From contig CM000154.2 of assembly GCA_000004695.1 (NCBI GenBank), forward strand, positions 1,248,001 to 1,312,000: a stretch of 64,000 bases of DNA, given 5' to 3'. Position numbers and translations under genes: made by a program. This document shows, one piece after another, positions 25,490 to 46,578 of this stretch (positions within the stretch are counted from its first letter, which is position 1; each line of letters opens with the position of its first letter). The notes below the pieces were generated by a model. The model saw nothing but the letters and a program-made list of their open reading frames with translations, made no database searches and was not told the origin of the DNA. Source of the stretch: Dictyostelium discoideum (lineage: Eukaryota).

Positions 25490-25632
25490 AACAAAATAAT
25501 TTTTACTAACTTTTAATAATTATTTATAGACTTGGAACAAAATGGGGAGAATTAGGATATGCTCGTATAACTGCATCAAATGATAAGCTTGGTATCTTAC
25601 TTTATAATTCTTTTTTCCCAAAATTTAAATAA
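24181..25632 (+). CDS. CAP/SCP/PR-1 domain fused to a papain-family (C1A) cysteine protease in 4 exons, with an apparent +1 frameshift in exon 2.
   Basis: The ATG at 24181 opens the signal peptide MKFLAKLIFLILISSCVNSQ; the ORF-track start at 24139 is an artifact of a poly-A tract. Exon 1 is 24181..24573 with donor GTAAGT. Exon 2 is 24675..24900. Exon 3 is 24988..25454 with donor GTAAGT. Exon 4 is 25530..25632, preceded by a TACTAAC branch site. CAP motifs are present: YHNQWR, then EIWTN|AVWNKSKSFGCAKSIC...LSCSYYPAGGFKG. Papain motifs are present: SVDWSDYQTPVRDQGE|CKSCWVFGS, NHIVLLVGY, NSLGTKWGELGYARI. The CAP frame and the papain frame differ by +1 within the sequence GGTGTCCCTCCCATAC at about 24775-24790. 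Confidence 0.55.
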
Positions 25633-25773
25633 AAATAAATTATTTAAACATTTAAAAAAAAAAAAAAAACATATACACATGTATTTATTTATTTATAATT
25701 TTTTTATTTTTATTTTTTTATGTATATTTAAAATTATACATTTTTATTTTTTTATGTGTATTTTTATTTTTAA

Positions 25774-25806
<33 letters not shown>

Positions 25807-25821
25807 AAATTGATTATTTAC

Positions 25822-28436
25822 TTAATTTAATTGAAAATAATCTTGATTATCATCTTCATCCTCTAAAGGTAATTTATCAATTAAAGAACGAATGTAATTT
25901 GAATTTTTTGGATCAAGATCCAAAGCGGTATTTAAAGAATCTAAAGCTTTATCGAGTTCGCCCAATTGTTTATAACATTTACCTAAAAGAATGTAGATTG
26001 GAGTTTCTTTTGGTTCAATTTCTTTAAACTCTAATAATTGATCGATAGCATGATGATATTGTTGATTTGCAAAGAGGAAGGCAGCTAATTTGAATTTTGC
26101 AAAGGTATTCTTTGGTTGAATTTCAATTGAACGATATAGCATATCAATACCGTCTTGAATTTTATTTGGATTATGTTGTAGGGTCATACCTAAATAACAA
26201 CATAACACCGAACTGGACTCATTGATTGATAATGCTTTTCTAAAATGATACTCTGCTAAATTGTATTTCTCTTGACGATAATAAATCAATCCAATGCCAT
26301 AGAAGGCATTGTAATGACGTGGGTCACATCTAATGGCCATTCTAAATGCATTCAATGCTAACTCCAACTCGTCGTTCGCTAAATATTCATGACCACATAA
26401 TGTATAGGCATAGGTCATGTCTGGATCCAATTGAATGGCTCTTCTAAACAATTTGATTGCAGCTTCATGATCACGTTGTAAACTGAAACAATTGCCTACC
26501 ACTACCCAAGAGTAGGGTGACAATCTATCGAATTCTGAATATTTATGTGCAATATAACTTAATTCTGCATCTTCATTCATTTGCCATAACAATGTTGAAT
26601 ATAATTCCATACCCTCTAATCTATATGGTTCCATTTGTGATACCTCTTGAAATATTGATCTTGCCTCTTTATAATCAATTAATTCATGATATGCTTTTGC
26701 TACTTTTGTTAATACCCATCCAGTTCTATATTGTTCTTCTGATAATCTTTTAAATGATTCAATTGCTTCTTTACATAAATATCTTTAATATATTAAAATA
26801 AATTTTTTTTAATTATTAGATTAGATACTTTTTATAAAATTATTTTAAAATATATATATACACATACAAACAAAGTAATCTATAAGAATCTGCTAAAATA
26901 AAAAATAATTCTAATAGTTGAGTTTGACCTTTATGTAATTCAATTAAACCTTCATATAGATCACCACCATTGAAATCCAAAATTGAAGATTCATCAAATT
27001 CATAGAAATTTGGTTGAACTGAATTATCAGTAATATTTAATTGATCATCCTCTTCTAATTCTAATTCGTCAATAGATTTATTATGATGATGGAGATGATG
27101 ATGTTGTTGATAATGATGGTTTTCTTCATCATAATCATCATCACTTAATGAAGATGATAAACTTTTTAAACTAAATTCTTCAGTTTTACCAAAATTAACT
27201 TGTTTCTTTGTTTTTGTTAATAAAACCTCTTTATCTGTAATTGATGTTGTTGTTGTCGTTGTTGTTGTTGTTTGTTGTTTAGTTTGTTGTTGTTGTTGTT
27301 GTTGTTTTGATGTTGATGAAGTAAATCCATGGACATCACTACTTGTTGATGTTGTAAATATTGGACTCTTTAAATCAAGTGACATTGGTGTATCAAATTC
27401 ATTACTCATAGATTTCTTTATCATTTGAGATGGTGGTGCGCTCTTTTTATGTTGATGTGGTTGTTGTTTCTGATGATGATGAACACCTGGAGTTGAAGGT
27501 GTGTATGGAGTTTGACTATTGCTAGAAGGGGGATGTTGTGATCCTTTACTGTCAGGTGTATCCATAACCATTGGTATTGGATCTACAACATTTTGAGAAA
27601 ATCTATTTGAAAGTATTGGTGTTATATGAGAAAGTGGTGTTTGTGGTGTAACGAAATATCGATTATTATATTTTTGTAGATTTTGTTGTGATGGTTGTTG
27701 TGGCTGTTGTTGTTGTTGCTGTTGCTGTTGTTGATTAGTTTGTTGAATAGATGCTTTAAAATTAATTGGTGTAATATGTATTGATGAATCATAAAATGAG
27801 GAAGGTGTTAAACCAACTCTATGGTTTGGATGATATGGCGGTTTTATAAAATTATTTGGTTTAATTGTATTCGTTGTTATATTTGTTGTACCTGTAGCTA
27901 CTGTTGATGTGATAGTTTGTTCATTATTTTTATTACTGCTATTATTATTATTAATATTGTTATTATTGTTGTTATTATTATTATTATTATTATTAACTTT
28001 ATTTTGATTTAAGCTATTTGATAAATATTGTTGAAATTGTTGATGTTGTTGATGTTGTTGTTGATTTAAATGATTAATTTGATGAATTAAATTTGTATGG
28101 GAGAATAAGTCAGAGATATCAATTTCGTCGGGACATATATTACATAATTGCTCAAAAGCTACCCATAGGAATGGATAGGTGTAAACTGATTTTTTCAAGT
28201 ATTTAATTGCTTTCTCTTTTTGATTCTTTCTCTTTGATATTAATCCCATTAAATAATAAACTGATCCAATGCTACAAGGAGAATCAAAGCCATATGATAT
28301 ACTATTTATATCAACTATATCATCAAATTCACAAAGTATATCACTATAAATACCATAATATTCATTTTCATTATTGTTGCTATTGCTATTGTTATTGCTA
28401 TCATTATTTTTATTACTATTGTTACATTTATCTTTG

Positions 28437-28511
<75 letters not shown>

Positions 28512-28819
28512 GGTTGAAAATATTTTTCAAAATATATACAACATTTAATAATTGATGATTCAGCTTCTTGAATATTACCAAGATCATAATTTGATAATGC
28601 TAATAGATATAGGTTCTTTATCATTGTAATTTGAGGATGTTGTTGAAGTATTAATAAACATTGATTTATTTTACCCATTTGATAATAGATTTGAGCTATT
28701 TTAAAAAGGTTATCTTCATTGGCTGTTGATGCATATAATCTCTCTGAAAGAAATAATGCATTCTTTATTAATCCACAATGTATTGATTCATCAATACTTT
28801 GAATCATTATTTCTTCCAT
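25822..28819 (-). CDS. anapc3: CDC27/APC3 (anaphase-promoting complex subunit 3), about 970 aa in 2 exons.
   Basis: Exon 1 is 28819..26868 with an ATG at 28819 and donor GTATGTGTATAT. The intron is about 85 nt. Exon 2 is 26782..25822. The phases are consistent (2/1). The junction reads YRLLCL-YLCKEAIESFKRL...QYRTGWVLTKVAKAYHEL, followed by EPYRLEGMELYSTLLW...GNCFSLQRDHEAAIKLFRRAIQLDP...RHYNAFYGIGLIYYRQEKY. This matches CDC27 almost motif for motif. The internal Asn/Gln-rich insert is typical for Dictyostelium. Confidence 0.85.
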
Positions 28820-28985
28820 TTTTTTTTTTTTTTTTTTTTTTCTTAAAAATTTAATTATTTAATAATAAAATAAAAAATAAAAAATAAATATTATTTTATA
28901 TTAATTGTTTGACAATCGTTAAACCTTTTATTTATCTTGAAAAAAAATTAAAAATTAGAAAAAAATTTTTTTGTTGTTTATATTA

Positions 28986-29034
<49 letters not shown>

Positions 29035-29133
29035 GGGGTTATCCTTTTTTTTTTTTTTTTGTATTTAAATTTTAATTTTTAAAACAGTTGAGCATTTTGG
29101 ATAATAAAAAAAAAAAAAAAAAAAAAATTAAAA

Positions 29134-29298
29134 ATGGAAAATAAAGAAGTACAATTTAACAAAGATAAATCGTTATACAGTAATAGTGATATAAGGCAAA
29201 ACAATAAGAATGATGTTGTAATTACAACCAATTTTCATAATAGCAATAATTACGATCGTTCATATAAAAATAATAATAATAATAGTGATAATAGTGAT

Positions 29299-29335
<37 letters not shown>

Positions 29336-29512
29336 GCAATATTAATATAAACTATGTATCTAACAATCCAAATAGTAATAAATATTCAAATAGTAGTAAA
29401 CTGGAAATAAGGAATAATCATAGATCCACTCCCTATGATAGACCAAATAATAATAAATATAATGTAAAAACAACATACACTCAAAACTTTAACCCTACAA
29501 ATAATAATAATG

Positions 29513-29572
<60 letters not shown>

Positions 29573-30219
29573 TTAATATTAATAATGGAAATACACACTA
29601 TAATAGCAAATACTATAACCAAAATAATAATAATGAAAATAAAGAAAATAAAGAAAATAATAATAATAATAATTTTAATAATAAAAAATTAAATGTTGTA
29701 TCATTACCATCAGTTTTAAAGAATCAAAAAGAAACTGATGAAGAAAAGATTAAACAAAGACAAAAGCAAATTGACTTTGGTAAAAATACAATTGGTTATG
29801 ATAATTATATTCAGAGAGTACCAAAAGATAAAAGAGATAGAATACATCCAAGAACACCTGACAAATATCAAAAATGTTCAAGAAGGTCTTGGTTAGGTCA
29901 AATTAAAATTTGGAGAAAAGCATTACACAAATTTGATCCAAATAAAAGTGATAATGATAATGAAGATAGTGATAATGATAATTATATTGATAACGATAAT
30001 GAAGATGATAATCTTAAAAATGAAAAAGATGAAAATATCATAAAAATTAAAAAAGTACATGATAAAGATTATGAAATTGATGAACAATTAACACCACCAC
30101 CACCACCACCACCAAAAATAATAGAAAAGAAAAAGGAAGAAGAAGAAGAAGAAGAAGATTATGAAATTGAATCACTTGAGGAGAATCAAGAATTTTTAAG
30201 ACAATTATTAACAAAATAA
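29134..30219 (+). CDS. Histone mRNA stem-loop binding protein (SLBP) homolog.
   Basis: It is a single exon. The RNA-binding domain [69 protein letters not shown] matches the SLBP RBD, including the HP+TP-K-[YF] and SRRSW signature. Asn-rich low-complexity sequence flanks it. Confidence 0.8.
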
Positions 30220-30381
30220 AATTTAATTATTTATTTTCCAATCTTTTAAAAAAGAAATAACAATATATTTTTCTTTTTTTTTTTTTTTATTTTATTTTAT
30301 TTTTATTTTATTTTCTATTGTTTGTTTCTTATTAACTGATACCAGTGAATATCAATATTCTTTTTTTTTCTTTTTTTTTTT

Positions 30382-32360
<1,979 letters not shown>

Positions 32361-32699
32361 TTTTTTTTTTTTTTTTTTTTCTTCCTATGTATTTATATTG
32401 TTATGATTCCCCCAATTATAATTGTATTTTTTTATTTTTTTAAATATGGCTGATCTGAAATATAAAAAGAGGAAAAATTAAAGTTAATAGAAAATACAAA
32501 AAAAAAAAAATATAAAAATATAAAAATTAAAAAATATCTTGGATTGGTGAGAAATGAATTTATATAAGATTGAGGGCAAAATGAAAAAAGTAAAAAAAAA
32601 TTAAAAAAAAAAAAATTAAAAAAAAAAAATAAAAAAAAAAAAAAAATAATTTGTAAGATTTCGTCAATTTTATAAAGCCACAATTATTAACACACTCAA

Positions 32700-34179
<1,480 letters not shown>

Positions 34180-34530
34180 AAAAAATAAAAAAATAAAAAA
34201 ATAAAAAAATTAAAATTATAAAAAAAAAAAAAAAAAAAATAAAATAAAATTCTTGTAAATGTGGAAAAAAAAAAAATTTTTGGTATAAAGGATATAAAAA
34301 AAAAAAAAATAAAATAAAATAAAATAAAAATAAAAATAAATAAAAAAAAAATATTAAAAAAAATAATAAAAAAAGGTAAAATATGGCTTGTGAAATTAAG
34401 AATAATAAATCTATTCAATGAATTTAACACCTATAATAGTTTTACTTAAGTTCCAATAATAATAATTTCATCACTCAAGCCAATCTTTAATAATTGGAAA
34501 AAAAAAGATATTTTTTTTTTTTATTTTTTT

Positions 34531-34580
<50 letters not shown>

Positions 34581-34808
34581 AATTCAAAATTTTTGAATAA
34601 TAAAAAAAAAAATAAACAGAACCCTACAAACTCATGGAACAAACAAATACTAAAAATAAAATAAAAAAAAAATAAAACAAAATAAAAATAAAATAAAATT
34701 AAATAAAATAAAATAGAATAAAAGATAAAATATTAAATAAATAATACTAAACATAAATTATTATTCGAATTTTAAATTTTAAAAAGTAAAGGGAAAAATA
34801 TCAAAAAA

Positions 34809-34855
<47 letters not shown>

Positions 34856-35160
34856 TTTTTTTTTTTTTTTTTTTTTTAATTTATTATTTATTATTTTCAT
34901 AAAATTAAAATATCACCAACATTATTTATTATTTTCATAAAATTAAAATATCACCAAAAATAATTCTTTTTTTTTCTTTTCTTTTTTTTCTTGAACAAAA
35001 TAATTTAAATAAAACAAAAAACTATTTAATATTATTATTGTAATTATTATAAATGTAAGAATTAATACCAACTTCCACATTAACAACCACCATCGTCGCT
35101 ACTCCCCACATGACACCATTTCACATAATACTTTCACAAATAAATTCAATACCATCATAT

Positions 35161-35238
<78 letters not shown>

Positions 35239-36244
35239 TTTTTTTTTTTTATTTTTTTATTTTTAATTTTTTTTTTTGGGAAGGGCCCCCCTTTTTTTTT
35301 TTAAAATTTTATTAAATTTTAATAAAAATTTTTTTTTCCTTTTAAATTTTTTTTTTTGTTTTTTTTTTTTAAAAAATTTTTTTTTTTTTTTTTTTCTTTT
35401 TTTAAAAAAAAGAAAAAAAAAAAAAAAAAAAAAATCATTTTTAATCGATTAATATTTTCATCTTATCGCATTATTGCCTTTTTTTTATATTTCAATAAAA
35501 AAACCAAAGGAGGGGTCAGTTTTTTTTTTTTTTTTTTTATTTTGTTTTTTTTTTTTTTTTTTTTTTTTTTTGATTTTTTTATTTTTTTTTTTATTTTTTA
35601 TTATTTTTTTATTTTTTTTTTTTTATTTTTTTCAAATAGTGTGGTGCCTGTAAAACAAAATAAAATAAGATATTATTATATTTTTAAAAAATATAAACAA
35701 AAATAAAATAAAATTAAAAATAGTATTCTCAAGGTAATTAGGTTAAAATATTACACACATTGTATTATGATGAATTTGTTTTTGTTGTCACATCATATTT
35801 CATTCACTCACTTCCTTTTAATTTGTTAAGTTTTTTTTTTAAAATAATAAAACCCAACCAAAATTTAAATTTTTTGTGCATATTAAGTTGTGTATGTTTT
35901 TTAAAAACATATGGATATATTTGTGTGTGAATATAAATGTGCGTGGTTTGAATGGGAAAATAGAGTGTGTTTGGAAAATTATAAAATATTATCTTTTTTT
36001 TTTTTTTTTTTTTTAAAATTTATTTATTTATTATTTTTTTTTATTTATTTTTATTTTATCATTATATTACATATATAATTTTTTTTTTAATAATAACACA
36101 TAACATAAAATTTAAATTTATTAGTTTTTTTTTATTTTATTTTATTTTATTTTTTTTTTTTTGGTTCTTTTTTTCATTTATTATATTTAAATTATTATTT
36201 TTTATTTATTTTTAATCAATAATATAGAACCTTAATAATAGATA

Positions 36245-36282
<38 letters not shown>

Positions 36283-36580
36283 TACCCACATACTAATTTT
36301 AATTTCTTTTTTTTTTTTTTCTTTTTTTTTCTTTTTTTTTTTAAAAAAAAAAATAATTATAACAATAATATAGTAATACAACTTATAAATATAATATTAA
36401 TAGTGTATAAATAGATAAATAGTAATACTATATAGTTTATATAGAAATATATAAATAAATAGATAATTAATTAATAAATAAATAAAAAAAAAATATATAT
36501 ATATAATATCAGTAACATTAAAAAAGAAAGGTTAAAAAAAAAAAAAAAAAAAATAATAAAAAAAAAATAAATAAATAAAA
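34180..36580. other. A 2.4-kb A/T homopolymer-rich intergenic desert upstream of roco4.
   Basis: It has T and A runs of 20-50 nt, no ORF with complex composition, and a GT-rich element at 35750-35960 shortly before the roco4 start. Confidence 0.6.
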
Positions 36581-36582
36581 AA

Positions 36583-41862
<5,280 letters not shown>

Positions 41863-42028
41863 ATCGATTCATTAAAATTTAATAAAAATAAAATGAAATA
41901 AATAAATAAAATAAAATAAAAAACAAAAAAAAAATAACCTATTTAATTAAACTATGGCTCCTTTTCCTTTTTTTTTTTTTTTTTATTAATCTCTTTTTTT
42001 TATTATCTAAAATCTAAAATAAAATTAA

Positions 42029-44032
42029 TTATTTTTTTTCAAGTTCAATAGATTTACTATCGTTGTCACTATTATTACTATTTTTACTATTATTACTATT
42101 TTTACTATTATTACTATTTTTACTATTATTATTTTTTCCAAAACTGATATCAGTTCTACTATTGTTTCTAGAAATTCCAGATTCACTTTGGGAAAGTCTG
42201 CTTCTTACTTCATCAAATACAACCTCTGACCAAATATCTCTTGCAACTCTTGAGGTTCCATATATTGAAAAGAATAAAACACCAAAAACTCTAATAAAAA
42301 AATAAAAAATGAAAAAAGATGCATAGTTCGGTCCAGTTGTAAAACAAGTTTCTTCTGACCCACCACTTAATAAACAAAGTACATAATCTGCCACAGCAGC
42401 TTTATATGAATCAATTTTCCTTTCAACATCAAAAAAGAAAATAAATAAATACAAAAATGAGCCAGCAACAGAAAAAACTAAAGAAAAAGGTTTGATTTGT
42501 CTTAATATAAATTCACTCTCTCTAATGTTAACTTTTTTTGAAATCTTAAAAAAAAGTTTTTTTTTTTTAAAAATATTAGTTAAAAAATATAATGAAAAAT
42601 AATTTAATGTTAAATATTTACATTATAAATCTCATGAATAACGCCACCAATACAGAAAATACCAATTGAAAGACCAATACCACAAGGCAACCAAAAAAGT
42701 GTAATAACAAACCTGGAATTTTAATAATATAAAAAAAATAATAATAATAATTTAAATATTAATAACTATCAATATTAAAATTAAATATTTTAAAATTAAT
42801 TTAATAAATACAAACCATCTTTCTCTAACCCAACATTCAATATAACCTGTACCAGCAACCATCTTTTTTGCTGATAAAAGTATAACAGTTGTTATTATAG
42901 TAAAAATTGTATTTCCAATCATAAAATGTCTAAAATAAAATAGTTTTATTCTTTTTACACTACAAAATAATACTATACTCATTGTCATTGCCCAGCAACA
43001 ACAATAGGTTATACCAAAATGAAACATTGCTCCGGTAATTCCACATGCAGCATCATTTTGAACAGCACTTCTACCTGGCTCTGGACATAGAAACTCCTCA
43101 ATACCATAACCAAATTTAATAATATCAGTTAAATAAACCAATGCAATAGAAGTAGACATCAAGGTGATACATATATTATATTTTGATTTTCTTTTTCTAT
43201 TTAAAATTCCAAATGTTAAAATATTATAACAAGCGCAAATAAAACTAATTGATGATAAGGTTTTAGCCATATCATAAACTCTTTTCCATTGGGTTTTTGT
43301 ATAATTTGGCATTGGACAAGTTAGAACGCAGTTTGTTGGTGGGAGATAGGTATAACCTTTATTGGGTGAATATTTTGGGTCACTTGAATTTTTTAAAAGA
43401 AGTGGGTATGGACAAGCTTGAATTAATTCCATTTGGTTGGAAATATTATTATACCCGTCTGTTGGATCAATACATGGTACCTTATATAATCCTTTATTTT
43501 CAGTATACCCATATAGTGTTAAATTATATTCAGTTCCAATCTCTGGAAATAAAAAGGAAATTGAACAATCAATTTTCAAAGAAAGTCTTGGACAATTTGA
43601 GACCATTCTTTCACATACAGATTTACATAATCTTTGAGGCAATGAAACATTTTGTAGAGGTGTAATTTTGGGTATCGTTTCAACACAAGGAGAAAAATTT
43701 AAATCGCACAAACCGAATTGGGTAAATAATAAATCATCGCATTGGTCTTGTAAAAATGTTAAAGCTTCAAAAGATTTTAAAATTTCTATTTTTGAAAGTT
43801 CCTGGGAAGAAATATTTTTATTATCAACAAGTGTAACAGTTGAATAAATTTTTTTACCTCCATTAAATAATCTGTTATTACAAAGTGGTTGGCCAATTGA
43901 ATCCCCGACATAGTTCAAACATTTTGAACCTGGAAATACAATTCCAACTCCATATCCTTTGCTATATTCATTATTTTCCCCATTAATTATTATTATTTTT
44001 AAAATTAAATAAATTAAAAAAATTCTAATCAT
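42029..44032 (-). CDS. Frizzled/smoothened-like (Fsl) receptor with an N-terminal cysteine-rich domain and a 7TM region, paralog A, in 3 exons.
   Basis: Exon 1 is 44032..42816 with donor GTTTGT in phase 2. Exon 2 is 42712..42622 after acceptor AATTCCAG, and ends with donor GTAAAT. Exon 3 is 42544..42029. It has a signal peptide, a Fz-like CRD (FLQDQCDDLLFTQFGLCDLNFSPCVE...PQRLCKSVCERMVSNCP), TM helices, the conserved ECWVRERW-FVITLFWLPCG motif, and a Ser/Asn-rich tail. Confidence 0.75.
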
Positions 44033-44249
44033 TTCTTAAATGTTAAATATTTATATAAATGTTAAACTATTAATAATTAAATATAAAACAAAAAATAAGA
44101 TTGCTTAAAAAAAAAAAAAAAAAAAAAAAAAACAACAACGAAATACCCATTTAAAAAAAACAACCAATTACCAGAGCCACTTTTTTTTTTTTGAATTCTT
44201 TTTTTTTTTGATTGGTTCTTGAAATCTCAGGAAAAAATTAGATTCAAAC

Positions 44250-44285
<36 letters not shown>

Positions 44286-44297
44286 TTTTTTTTTATT

Positions 44298-46154
44298 CTA
44301 ATTAATTTTAATTGATTCTAATTCAACTGCTTTCTTTTCATTTAGATTTTTATCATTGTTATCATTTAAAATCATATTGTTATTATTTGTACTATTACTA
44401 TTAATTTTAGAATCACTATTTTTAGGACTGGATTTTGGTGTTGATTTTGGAGAAATTGAGGAACTAATACTTTTCCAGATTTTATTTTGAACCCAAATTT
44501 TTCTTGCAATATTAGATGTACCATAGAATAAAAAAAATATAATTCCAAACCATCTAATAACCAAATAAAATAAAAAATAAGGAACATAGCTTGGTCCGGT
44601 TGTGAAGCATTCTTCTTGGCTTCCATTTAATAAACATAAAACATAATCTTCAACAGCTGATCTATATCCTCCAAATTTTCTTTCAATATCAAAAAAGAAT
44701 ATAAAAAGATATAAAAATGATCCTGAAATAAATATAACAATTAAAAGAGGTTTTAATTCTCTTTGTAGTAAATCATTTCTATTACTAATAGATTTTTTGG
44801 ATGTCTTTTTTTTAAAAAGTATAAAAAGATTAATATTTGTTTAATAATTATATAATTTAAAAAATAAAAATAAAAAAAAACTTACTTTATAAACTTCATG
44901 GATTACAGCAATAATACAAAAAGAACCAATTAATAAGGCAATACCACAAGGAATCCAGAATAAAGATATAGCATACCATCTATCTCTAATCCAACACTCA
45001 ATAGATCCTAAACCAGCTTCGAATTTGGAAGTTGCAGCAGCGATAACAACAGTAGTAATTGTAAAGGTAGTATTACCAATTAAGAAATAATTGAACTTAA
45101 ACCATTTCTGACGTTTAACGCTACAATAAAGAACAAGACCCATTGTCATTGACCATAACACACAATAAGTAATGCCAAGGTGAAAAAATGCACCCGTTAG
45201 ACCACAAACTGGATCAAGTTGTTGTTTGGCACTTCTTCCAGGTTCTGGGCATAAAAGTTCTTCATAGCCAATACCATAGGTAATGATATCACACAGATTA
45301 ACCAATGCAATTGAACCAGAGAAAAAACATGTACATTTATGGGGATCTGATACTTTTTTATTTATTATTCCAAATGTTAAAACATTATATAAAGATAAAA
45401 TAAAACTAATTGTTGATAAAATTTTTGACATTGTTAAAAGTTGATCCCATTTTTGGTTTGAATAATTTGGAACAGGACATGGGAGTACACAATTTGATGG
45501 TGAAAGATATGAATATCCTTTATTAGCGGCATATTCTGGATCACTTGAATTCTTCAACAGTAACGGAGATGGACAAATTTCAATAAAACTAGAATTACTT
45601 GAAACTTGATTAAAAAAAATAGTAGGATCTGAACATGGAACTGCAAAGGTACCATTATCAATAGTATAACCATATGGTGATAGATCATAAAATGTACCAA
45701 TCTCTGGAAATAAAAATGAATTTGAACAATCCATTTGCTCTTCAAGTCTTGGACAATTTGAAACCATTCTATCACATACTGATTTGCAAAATCTTTGTGG
45801 CAAAGATATACTTTTCAATGGGGTTAAAGTTACTTCAATACATGGTGCCAAATAAATATCACAGATTCCAAATTGAGCAAATAATAAATCTTTACATTGA
45901 TCTTGTAAAAATGTTATTGCTTCAAATGATTTCTTTATGTTTGTTTGTGAATCTATTTGTGAATTTGTGGTTGTATAAATTCTATCACCATTATTTTGTA
46001 ATTTACTATTACATAATTGCTGGTCAATTGGATCTCCTATATAATTTAAACACTCTGCATCTGGTATAACTAATCCAATTCCAAATCCTTTTGGTATTTC
46101 AAATCCACTAATATAACTAATAATAAAAATAATAAAAATTATTAAAATTTTCAT
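44298..46154 (-). CDS. Frizzled/smoothened-like (Fsl) receptor, paralog B, in tandem with paralog A, in 2 exons.
   Basis: Exon 1 is 46154..44886 and ends VIHEVYK|GTAAGT. Exon 2 is 44804..44298. The domain order is the same as paralog A: CRD (FLQDQCKDLLFAQFGICDIYLAPCIE...PQRFCKSVCDRMVSNCP), ECWIRDRWYAISLFWIPCG, then YGTSNIARKIW. Confidence 0.75.
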
Positions 46155-46448
46155 TTTTTATTATTTTTTTATTTTTTATTTATTTATTTTTTTATTTATT
46201 TATTTATTGTTTATTGTTTATTTAATTTATTTTTATTTGTTTTTTTTTTATTGTTTGATTTTATTTTTATTTAATTTATTTTTATTTGTTACAGAGGTTT
46301 AAAAATAAACTTTCAAAAAAAAAAAAAAAAAATTTATAGCGTTCTAAAAAAAAAAGAAGAATTTAAAATAAAAAAAAAAAAATCATATCGCCCACAATGA
46401 ATTCAAAAATCTAAAATGGTTTCGCATCTTTGATTGACACATTATTAG

Positions 46449-46479
<31 letters not shown>

Positions 46480-46523
46480 TGAAAATATCTAAACCACATA
46501 TACCCAAATGAAACCAGTGTTTG

Positions 46524-46578
<55 letters not shown>

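Noticed and set aside
28207-28587. Y/C-rich and I-rich ORFs
   Set aside because: They are other frames of an (ATT)/(AAT)n tract inside CDC27 exon 1. The same applies to 29386..29692 inside SLBP.
35110-35706. Two poly-Phe/Lys ORFs
   Set aside because: They are translations of T and A homopolymer runs in the intergenic desert.
42752-42815. Read-through tails of the Fsl-A, CDC27, AIF and RPB2 exon ORFs (for example FVFIKLILKYLILILIVINI)
   Set aside because: These are intron sequence translated until the first stop. Splice donors with consistent phase precede them, and the spliced products restore conserved motifs.
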